A stretch of DNA of 64,000 nt from Phyllobates terribilis. Its lineage: Eukaryota. The stretch lies in the NCBI RefSeq assembly GCF_046119375.1, contig NW_027362772.1:279248001-279312000 (forward strand). Direction: 5' to 3'. Positions 25,545 to 37,500 of this stretch are shown in pieces (position 1 is the first letter of the stretch; each line of letters begins with the position of its first letter). Made by a program: the position numbers and the translations under genes. Below the pieces are notes generated by a model. That model saw only the letters and a program-made list of their open reading frames with translations. It did not search any database and was not told the DNA's origin.

Positions 25545-28500
25545 TTATAACTCAGTCTTCTCGTTCTCTTCTGGGGATTTCTGCGTCGTCGATTCTAGAA
25601 CAACGAAGAACCAAAGAAAATGGAGAAAGAAAAACAATTAGAATGGAATGACCACGGATGAATGGAACAATGTGACACATAATAGAGGGCAATGCAGTTT
25701 TCTGGAGTCCTTAGAGAACATTCACTGCATTTTATGGTACCAGTTTTGTGCATAAGAATTTTTGGACAACTAATGCATACGGGGCAGAGAATATCCACAG
25801 CGTATATTGACCAGTGCTGCGGATTAGACATCTGCAGCATGTCAGCATAGACATTAATATGGCGTCGCTCCTCTGCAGATATAACATTTCCCACTCTTCT
25901 GGGAAGGATTTCTACAAGATTGTGGAAGTCTGTGGAAATTTTTGTCTCTTCATCCAGAAGATCCCCAAATTGTTCCCACAAAGCTGAAGCTACAATTGTC
26001 CACAATGTCTTGTGCTGAAGAATTAAGATTTCCCTTCACTGGAACTAATGGCCCAATGCCGACCCCTGATAACAGCCCATAGCATTATCCTCCTCCACCA
26101 TCTGTACAGCGGCACAATGCAGTCAGGGGGTAACGTCCTCCTGGAATCACCAAACCCAGACTCCTCCATCAGACGCAGATAGAGAAGTGCGATCAGTCAC
26201 TGCACAAAACACGTCTCCTCCAGAGTCCAGTGGTGGCGGCTTTACACCACTCCATCTGACGCTCGGCATTGTGCTTGGTGATGTACGGCTGCATGCAGCC
26301 GCTCGGCCATGGAGCTCCTGGCGGGGGCGCAGTGTTTGTACTGATACCAGAGGAGGTCTGGACTATGCAGTTATGGGGTCAGAAGAGCAGTGGTGACTTT
26401 CTTGCCCTCTGCTCCTCAGCACTCGGCCCCCCACTCTGTAATGATACAGGGTCTCCACTTTGTGGCCGAGTTGCTGCGGTTGCTTCCACCTCTCAATAAT
26501 ATCACTCACAGGTGATGGGGGAACAATTTCATGAACGGACTTGTTACACCAGAGTTCACCGTCTTTTCCAAATGTCTCAGGTTTTTTAGATTCGTGTTAT
26601 GCCATAAAACAAACAATCAGTACAAGCCCCTGAAACAACACCTGTTCCTTATGGAAGAGTCTACTTGCATTACTCCTGCTCAATACACTGCAAATTCATT
26701 GATACATAACTTACATACTCACAAACTTACAATGTGACCAGAGCATTAAAATTCTTGTGCATGCCCCGGATTACCTGCTTCAGAACCGGCCAGTTCTAGG
26801 ACCTTCTCTTCGGCTGGAGGCTCCGCTGCAGGTTCAGGTTCACTGGGCGGCTCTGCGTAAAAGAAATAAAATATAAGTCTATACATTCACTAGAAGTCAG
26901 AGGCAGTTAATGAGATCCATTATATTAGCCATGGCACCAACATGAACAGAGCCTAAAGGTGGAAAGAAATAAAGAAAGAGTCCTAACAGAATGCAAAAAG
27001 AATGTTTTTATAGTCGCTTACCTTCCGTGCCTTCTTTTATAATTTTCTCGCCAGTCTCTGTTGTATTGTTTTCTCCATTATCCGATTTTGTGGTGTTATT
27101 CTTCGGCTTGGGCTTAGGCTTAGGTTTGGAAAACTTTGCTTTGTTTAGCAGGTACTGGATTTCCCTGTCCAATGCCGCTAATTTTTGCTCAATATCTTTA
27201 GACAACAAGACTGGTTTTTCGGTGGCTGGTAATTTGGCTTGCTCTGCTAGTGTTTCATTTTTCCATATCTATGTAGAAAAAAGGTTAATAAATTCAATAC
27301 AAACTGCTATCAACCATCTAACTTCTGCTCTAAATTTCAGAGCAGTGTTCGCAGCAGCGGAACTTTCAGCGATCAGCAAGTTACCAATAGATTCATTCAG
27401 GCAGCCCTTTTAAGAGACGGGTGGGAGCAACAGAGTCGTGGTGCTAGAATGGCAGGGGGAAGTAACGGTTATTTTGTCATTTCATGCCATTTATAGTCAA
27501 ACTTTCATGGATTCCCTGAAAATCTCTCTTTTCTTACCCAGGTGTCATTAATCAGCTTTTCCAGTGTATTTAGCTCCACGTCTGTGAATATGGGGTCTTC
27601 ATCCATGAGCATTCTAGCACTCCTAAAGAGAAAGGGGAAAAAAATGTAAAAATTAGATAAGACATCAGAAGAGATTTCGCACCGTGGGAATGTGACTACA
27701 GAGGGTGTAAATTCGGCAGAGATTTAAATAAAAATAAAAAAATCATACTCTCAACCACTTTGTTGCTGCCATTTTGCTGGAATTTGTGCAAATAGTCATA
27801 GCAAAAAAAAAATTGGGATCCTGGCAAATCTGAATTTTTGGTGAAGGGCAGGGGTGGGATGGACGGGACGGTGACATCCCAATATATAGAGTATGGGGTC
27901 CTGTCTACCCAGTGAAGGGCTGGTGGGATGAATGGGATGGTGAGACCCTAATGTATAGAGTATGGGGGGGTCCTGTGTACACAGTGGAGAGCAGGGCGAA
28001 TGGACGGGAGGGTGAGACCCTAATATATAGTTTGTACAAAGTTGATGCTCTCATCTCTACATGTGACCCTGATTTTTTGGTAGAGGGGTTACAGTATGCC
28101 CAAGCTCCTTGGCCAATCAGCACAGACAAGTGCCCTTTTCAGCAGTATGAAGCCCCCAATAAATTATAGTGAGTGCTCTCAGTACCCACTGGTAAAATAT
28201 ACTTCTATACAGTTCACTTACTTCAGAAAAATAGAAGAATGATTGAGCAAACTATCCAGAGTCGCCAGTTTGTCTGGCCACTTTCTCCGCTCTTCAACCT
28301 TGAAAAATAATGACTTGCATGCCTTCTTCAGCTCACTTAGCTTGTCCTTCAACTCCTGCAATAAATGTGATCGATGGATGAAAATAATTTGCATAAGAAA
28401 ATTCCACCTTAACCTGAACCTGTCATATTGGGTCCGTGGACAGCAGGAACCAGTGACAGTAGGTCCTCGTCAGAATCTGAAAAACTGCAGCACTTTAAGT

Positions 28501-31500
28501 TTTAAAAAGAGTCGGGAACACTGAGAAAATGTGCAGAGTAGCTTTGGAGCGACTTGTACCTGCTCGCTTCAACTCGATGGGTGTAATGGGCAAATTCCCT
28601 TTTAATATGACTAACTACTATGCTATGATTAAGAGCGGTTAACCACTCGAAACGCGTCAGTTTTTTTTTTTTATATCCCCTTGTATGTGTTTTGTCATTT
28701 TTTAATGGATCTACAACAAAATAACTTTTTTACACTATCTACAGATGGATGTGTGGAATTTCCTCTTCTAATGACTAACTACATTCAAATCATGAATGCC
28801 CTTTATGCTCTATAAAGAGGTTCAAATTATATTAGAAGTTCCAGGTCTTAAAGGGAAAAAAAAAAAAAAAAAGCTATGCAAGATATTTTTTAATTAAACA
28901 CATATATTGTTTGGCTAAAAAGCATTTTTTCACAGAAGGGTTTCCTTTAGCATTTGGCTTCTACATCCTTTATGTATCACAGTACATAGCAGACAGGAAA
29001 ATGAGATACCAGTGAATCTAGTGAGCTCTTCTGAAGATTTGTATCTTTTATATCTAATAAGATTTATTGACCATTTAAAAGTTAATTTAAGTGATCCTAA
29101 ATAAGTAGGGGGGGGGTCACAGATTCTGCCACTTACTGGGGAATTTCACTCTTCACTCATTCTATGTACTGTGATGAAAAGAGGCTGTAGAAAACAAAAA
29201 TGGTCTAGCATTATTTTTTTTAAGGAAACCCTTGCAAAAAAATGATTCAAATGTTTAGAATAATAAGACACAACCAGAATATTCCATTTCACCCCGTTTT
29301 TAATCAAGTACCTTAGTAGTTGCTGTATATCCCTCATCTTCTAGCCAGGCTGAGGCTTGGCTAAGCTTGCTGGAGATCTCCTCCCTTTGCTCCTTTGTAG
29401 ACACTTTACGGAACTCACTTTGATCTAGTTTATCCTAAGGCAATAAGAGGACACCATATTATAGGAAGATCATAAATTAACATATATTCACAATGTAAGA
29501 AACGAACGGGGCTGAAGAGGCAGCTCCGTTCAATGTGTCGCAGGCTCTGCCAGGGGCTGCAGAACAGCTCCCAGTACCTGAGAATAGTACAGAGCTAAAC
29601 ACAGCTGATCAGTTGGGGTTCCTCCAATCTGGCATTGATGACCGATCCTAAGGACAGGTCTTCAATAATATACGCTCAGACAACCCCTTTAAATCCCACT
29701 CGCATGTAAATAAAGGTTTCATACCTGCGTCTCAAAAATAAAAGCTTCTAAGCTATTTGCAGCTTTTTCTCGTTCGTGTTTCGCCAAGTCTCGTTCAGTG
29801 AGTTCCTGCAACCTAGAGGCAAGGAGACAGATTACTCTTCATAGTCACATTCAGAGGATGTTACATCCCAAGTATTACTCTAAGAGGACAGGTAGTTAAG
29901 ACTTCTTTCCAATTTACCAACTTAGGGACAAATCATGGAAACATTTAAAGGGGTTTTCGGTTCTCTGTAAACGATCACGTGTCCATTCTAAGGGGCTGAG
30001 GGTATGAAGATAACAGAGTAACCCTGCACTTCACTCTCTTCAGATCTTTTCTTAATAATATACTCACTTTTTAACCGATTTCTTCATGTCTTCTTCATTA
30101 AGATCTGGTATATCATTAATGGTCTGATCGGCTCCGATCTCATCGACAAGTTTCTGCTTCTTGGGAGCAGCGGGTTTTTTAGCCTCTTCTTCGGGTGGCT
30201 TTGCAGATTCTGCATCTTTTGCCGTTTCTTCTTTCTCCTTAGTGTCCTACCAGAGTCAATAGACCATAGACTTTTAGTAACAATCCAGCAGCTGATCGTT
30301 TTGGAAATCAACTCCGTAAACGAGTATTAAGGGGGTTGTCCAGGACTTTGGAAAGTGATGGCCTATTCTTTAGAGGAGATTTGTGGGGGTCTGACATGCA
30401 ACACTTCCTACAGTCAGTCGTCATCTGGTCTGGCAGCCACTGAAGTTACAGAGTGTAAAATGCCCGGACACCACAGCGACGTGTAGTGGCCATTCTCTGG
30501 TACTACAACTCAGCTCCTCTTGACGTGAATAGGAGCCGAGCTGCACACAATGTACAGCGCCGTGATCTTCAGGCTCTGAACATCCAACCGCCATAGGACC
30601 TGCAAAGAGCTGATCATTGGGGGGTGCCAGGTTTCGGACCCCCTCAAATCTGCTCAATGGGGGTACCAGGTTTCGGACCCCCTGAAATCTGATCAATGAG
30701 GGTGCCAGGTTTCGGACGCCCATCAATCTGATATAGGCTTTCAATATCAAAGTCATGGATGAACCATTTAAGTGCATTTTGTGGGTCACCTTGTTCTCTT
30801 TTTCATTCTCCTTTTTCTCTTCTGATTTTTGGTCCTCTGCTTTAGCGTCTGAATCCTTTTGGTTGCTCGCTTGTGTTGTTGACTCTTGATCTTCTTCTTT
30901 AGTGGCCTCAGTTGGCACCTCTTCTTCTTCCTGTAAAATACATTTAAAAAAATTTGAAACAGGATGGTCCGAGGCCAAACTTCATAAACTTTAGTAAAGA
31001 GACACAGCGTAGAATGACATTCATGGGAATCAGCCCAGAAATACAGATATATGCTGGTCGTTTTATAAGATGCCACATAAGTAGATCTGAATATGATGTT
31101 TGGGTGATAAAGTCTTACCTGGACACTCTCTGTGGCATTTTCCTTACTCTCCGTAGTGGAACTTCCTCCTCCGAACAAACTTGATATAGTATTTCCTAGT
31201 TCTGAAGAGGCAGAAGTAAAAGATACACAGCACATGAAAAAAGAATATAAATGTACAAGACCATGAAAAAATACCCCAAACAAACAGACATTCTGTAGCC
31301 AGTATTATTTTCCCCTACACCTGGACCACCCTTTTCTTTCTCATCATATTTTGTCTTATTAATCTGAGAAATATGATCTGGTTCATGCAGGCGAAGTGTC
31401 ACTTACTCGTTAATGTAGATTCCTGCTCTGGCTTCTCTTCTACCAGCGTCTCAAACACAGCTTCCACCTAAACAGATTGGAGAAAAATTCAAAAATTAAT

Positions 31501-34500
31501 TTTATCTATAATCCATAACGAAAATCCACAGAACAAATGGAATTCAAAGACCGCGAGGAAACATTCGCACTACGACTAGAAGAGACTTCATATCTCATCT
31601 ACTTCGCTTGTTCTGCATTACACAGCAGATTTTCCAAAAACATCCGCTATGTGTGCATGAAAAGACCTCTCATTCTTAAAGGTTTCTCCCTTCGTTGGCC
31701 TTACCCTGTCCAGGCTGAGTATTCCACTTTCGTCCATATTGAAGTGAGCCTTGATACCTTTTGACTCATAGTCGGCCTTCTTCTGAAAACTTTCCCCAAC
31801 TCCACTGAGTTTAACAGTAGTCAGGTTCAGTGATCCAAAAATTCTGCAATTTAAAAAAAAGTGGCACGTTCATCACGACTGACATTTCTATGGCGCTCTT
31901 GCAATGCAAATGCAAGTAACAATTAGGAATTTCCATATCCAAGGTCTTACTTCAGATCCTCGGCGTCCAGGAAGCTCAGGTCTCCGTAATTAATGTTAAA
32001 TTCAAAATCATCGGTGTATCGATTAAAGGTGATCACTTTGCGCTGGGGGTAGGGCGCCAGCCTCTGGAAGAGAATCCTCTTATTGTGCTTCAAGCTTTTA
32101 ACATCTTCTTCCTCCACTTCTCGAGTAAACTCCACCTGATAGAAGAAATCACTTAAAAGAGTTTTCTCATCATCATAAATTGGTAATCTTTGCAATTTGC
32201 CTTTTATTAAAAATCCTCCCTGGTCTTAAGAATGGAGGAGTTTTTAATTCTATAGTTTACAGCCCATTGTCTAGGTTACTGGCCACCGCTGCTGTGTAAC
32301 AGAGGTGGCCAGATTCCTAAGCAAAGAGTGCAGCAGTGTCAAGATCTGTGCAATAAAGTTTGCCAGCGCTGCTCTGAAGCCAGCCAACCTGGACAGCTTA
32401 AGTGCCCCTGCGCTACTCTGAAGCAGCAGGAGGGAGTGCACCGCCACCAGCAAGTAAGAAGCTGGGACATAGGAGCCGTGCACTCGTGAAGACTCAGCAA
32501 GAATAAGCTTTTGAAAGACATTTCCTCACACTGTAACCCATCAAAGTTATAAGTCTTACCTGTATTGGAAAAATAGCAGCGTCTCGGACTACAAACGGCT
32601 TCACTTTAAAGGCTTTACTCAGAGCGGCTGCCTGATAAACGGCTCCCATAGCAGCAGCTTCATCCGCATTTATGTTCTTCCCAAGCTCTTCCCTGTGACA
32701 AAATTGTTATTTATATTGACAATTAATATGATTGGATAGGTTTTAAGTTTTATCCCCAGTGGCCAATTTTCATTTTTTGGAATTTTGTTATTCCCCTCCC
32801 TTTTAGAAACTAACTTGACATTGCCATATGAGAGCTTAATTTTTGCAGTGTTGAATGACACCATCACCTAGTGTTTCTGAAACCCTCATTCTCAGGCACC
32901 AGCTGGTGGCCTTCATTGTAGAAAAGGAAAAATAACCAACTTAGAGGTCATCAAAATGGCAATTTCGATGCGACATACTCACTTGCCCACGGCTTTAAGG
33001 AGCAGCTCTTGAACTTTGGGAATACGAGTGCTACCACCCACTATGATGACCTGATCAATTTCATCCTATCAACACAAAAACAGACTCAAACACTGGAAAA
33101 AAAATATACGTATACAAAATTACGAATGTGAAATACATTGCTCATGCGTTATCCTCACCATGTTCATCTCGGCACTACTCAAAGCTTTCTGCACCGGAGA
33201 AGAAACCCTTTCGAAGATATCTGCACACAGCTCCTCTAAATCTTGACGCGTTACTTTGGCTTTAAAATCAATATCATCCATAAGACCCTCGATCTGTGCA
33301 CCAAAAAAACATTTGACGCGTGAATATGAGAGGTGGTCCGAATCGATTCCCAGGACCTGGTCTTTCGGTCATGTCAGTCATTTGTGACAGCCTCCTACCT
33401 CACAGTATCTGCAGCTTTTCTTTTGAGTAGCCGGCCTGGCTTTGTCACGCAAGGTGAGGGAAGGAAGTGTACAACGACGGGAAGAGTGGGAAGGGGGCCC
33501 AACAAACAGGGAAAGGGGGAGTGGAAACCCCTAGGCAGATCTAATATCACCCTGACTACCCTATTGTCCCTATACAGGTTCCTCACCCATCGCCGAGCAG
33601 GAACCTAATCCCTGAATGTCCCTAGAGCTTGGCCCTAGATAGGGAGAGGACAGGGTGAGCACTAGTCAGGCCCCACTACAAAACTAAATACATCAAGATA
33701 ACAAACAAAGAGGATACACTTAGCTTGAGAAGACACCAGAGAGAACACCAACTGTCCTCCAATGGAAGTCAAAGAAGAAACTAGCCAACTACTAGCACTC
33801 CAGACATTTACAGAGGAACATAGAACTATCACCGGCTATCACTCCACTCTCTGGAGACACAGAGTTTTTATCTACCAAGCAAGGGTGTGTCAATTAGCAG
33901 AAGGTGGAGGTCGCTGCTGGGTCCTAAAGGAAGAAGGATATACCTATACTACAGAGATGAGGGAATCACGAAGGCATCTGCAATGCCAAGCGCAGTGGCC
34001 TTCTACAGCCGGATCCACAGCGATTGTCTGTCACACTTGATACACCCGTGACAGGCGTGACGTCATCGTTATGGTGTGACATCACACCAGGATGTTTAAT
34101 CAAAAGGAGAGCTGCAGATGCCGTCATATAAGAAGTGGTTCTCATCCAAAGACCTCAGATTGCTGACATGGCCATTTGACCAGGGTTTGGATTCTGTTAA
34201 TTCACCGTCTAATATATGGTTGTTTTGCAAAGTTTACACTATGGTACCTGTGCCATGTGATCATTGTTGGCACTTAGGATGGTCTTCACGCGATTAGCCT
34301 CTTTTAAGAGCTTGGCCATCGCCCGGGGATTCTCTCGAACATCCTTCTTGGATTTCTTTTGTTCATTGAAAAGCTTGGCTAAGTGAGCTCGAAGCCTCAC
34401 ATCTATCTCAATGCCACCAAGAGATCGGTCAAACCTATAAGTAATTTGGGTAAAAAAAAGAAAAATCTACTTTGTTGAAAGTGAAAACCAAACAGTGCAA

Positions 34501-37500
34501 GTACCTAGTGGTTTAGAGAAATGTTATCCCCAAAAAGATAGGGAATACATTACAGGGATAATCTAATCTACATAAATCATCATGTAACCGCTGGATACGT
34601 CATAATTGTTAGATCTGTGTGAGTCCCACCTTTGGGACCCCCAGCAATCACCAGAATGTGGGGTAACGCGTGTTCCCCATTCTCCTCTGGACACAAGGCT
34701 ACAGCCAGGAAGAGTTAAATATAACTACTCCATTCGACGCCTGGCTGCACACAAGTCCCCTGTCCTTGGATCAGCGGGTGGCCTAATGGTCGGATATGCA
34801 ATCGATAGGTGGTAACTTGCTTGGAACGAATTTCTGGTTTGATAAAAGTCAGCCAAACCAGCTAATTTCAGAAGGATCGGCCAACACTCCAATTGTGTAT
34901 GGGGGCCTCCTAACTAGAGTTGGATTTATGGTGGTTGATCCTTTTGTTCTCTGGAAGATAAGCTCACCGCTAGAGGAGTCTGGCCGCAACTCTCAGAGAA
35001 CATAAGAGTGCTTGGCCAAGCTAAGCGTTCTTGTGTATGGAGGAGTCAGGAGAGGAAGCCATTCTGCCGATAGCTGCCCAACGTGTATGGGGGCCTGTAG
35101 ATCAATATGGGTCACACCAGGGGAATATCTGAAAATGACGACTTGTGTCCCACGTCCTTCCCTGCCAAGAAAGTGGTGTCCCACATTCTCTATGGCACTG
35201 AAGACATGGAGGACTTCAGTGCCAAGAGGAGTTGAATGGAGGCGCTCCAGTCAATTCTTCCAGTCTGTGGTCTTGCGGGCAGAAGAGAACAAAATTCCCC
35301 ATTCTGGAAATCAATTGGGGTCCCAATGAGGAGACCCACACCAATCTAACAGTTACCACCTATCCATTCAATAGGTGATAAAGAAGTTTTCCATCCGAAG
35401 CAAGTTAACGCCCATGTCAAACATGGAGACTCTTGTCAGTGCAGGGACCAACCACTGTGGTCTAAGGCACAGACGTAGTGCTGCGCTCAGCCTCTGTGGT
35501 CTAAGGCACAGACATAGCCCAGCGCTCAGCCACTGTCGTCTAAGGCACAGACGTAGCGTGGGCTCTGTTTTCTCCATGTCTTCAGCATAGTAAACTTAGA
35601 ATGGAAGGTCAAGATTCAGGAGCGACCTGCCACTGCATTCAACTCATCCTCTTAGCCTTGCCCCTTTTTTCTAGATCTTTCCAAAATGTTAAGGCCTAAC
35701 AAATGTCTTAAAGAAGAATTTGGCATACAGCATGTACCAATTTATTTTGTTTGTCAAGTTTCCAACACAATTTCTTTAAAGGATAACTCATTTCTTACCC
35801 AACACCCCGGATTTGAAGCTGTGGCTGAATGCCTGACTCCTTGGTCTTTGTAGTCTGATAAGTCACGATAGTGCATGCTGTACTCCTTGATCCCATATCA
35901 TAAAACATAATGCTCTGTAACACAAGGCAGATGTACAATGAAAGGGGGTTCAAACAATTTCTAACAGTAAGACCTTCACATTTAATTGTAATCCTCCAAC
36001 ACATTCAGTAAATCATTACCATTATAAGAAACCTGGTTATAGAGCAGGAAGAGCTGACTCTTAGCTGCCATCATCATGTTATAGAGCAGGAAGAGCTGAC
36101 TCTTAGCTGCCATCATCATGTTATAGAGCAGGAAGAGCTGACTCTTAGCTGCCATCATCATGTTATAGAGCAGGAAGAGCTGACTCTTACCTGCCATCAT
36201 CATGTTATCCTCCTGCTCTATAACATGATGACGACAGCCATGACTGGATATTTAATGTGACAAGTTCCCTTGGAATATGCAGTCACACCTCCATGAGGGC
36301 TGTAGAGTTACAAAGTCAGAACCAAATCTCTCAAAAAGAAAATCAGCAACGCATTCCTCTGATGGGAACCAACCCAATTTTGGACCAAAATACATTGTCT
36401 TTATGCAAATCGTTGATACATAAAGTGTAAGTGTGCCTTTAACAGATCAAACTTTCTGCAGTGAAATCCACAGCTACAAAAACTGCTGCAGGCTGCAAAG
36501 TTTCTAGGCTTTTGACCCTTTGAGCTGAAAAAAGTCACATGAGTGAGAATTCAGGAAATGTGGCTACTGTGGGTTTCAGCAGATTTGCAGCGTGCAATTT
36601 CCACGGGAATGTACCCTGAAAGCATAAAATGTGCAAACAAACCTGTGCAGTGGCGTTAATATCTTTCCTTCGGAAAACGCCATAGTTCAGAGCCACTGCA
36701 GTGTTATCATTGATGAGCTGAAGCACCTTAAGGCCGGCTAGCTTGGCGGCTTGGAGCACGGCTCTGCGCTCCGCCTGGTTAAAGAAGACAGGTACCGTAA
36801 TCACCACGTCCTTAATGGGCTGCTCTAAAAATCAACGAGACAGAAATGGTTAGAGTAACAGAAAGCGGGCCGAATAGAAATATTTCAAGTTTGCGATGGT
36901 TAAAAAGAAAAGACAGTAGATAAATACAGAGTTCTAGATCCAACAGCCACATGGCTGTCCGGCCACAATTGGAGTACTGTATATACTCGAGTATAAGCCG
37001 AGTTGTTCAGCACATTTTTTGTGCTGAAAAAGCCCCCCCCCCCCTGGCTTATGCTCGGGTATATACCCAAGTATATAGAAGTTCCGTTGGTGGATAGTGA
37101 AGGGGGGGTTTGCAGCGACAGAGAAGCGGGGCACACGCAGCAGTTGATGCTGCAGCTACCACGTGTGCCCGCTGCTAAAGGGTAATGAATATTCCCTCTT
37201 CTCCACTCCCATGGGCGTGGATAAGAATGAATATTCATTTTCTTTAGTAGCGGGCACAGAGGAGCGCTGAGCCGCAGCTCCTGCTGACAGTGCCTGCTAC
37301 TAAAGAGAATGCATATTCACTCTTTTCCACGGCCCCGGCGTGGAGAGGAGTGAATATGCCGGCAGCTCACATCAGCGTGTGAGAGCATATGGCTGTGACG
37401 CCATGTGCTGCTCAGGTGCTGACATGAGCTGCTGGCAGCAGGACGCAGCGCTGGAGCAGAGGTGAGGAAGGAAGGTGAGTATAAGTGTTTATTTTTTTAT

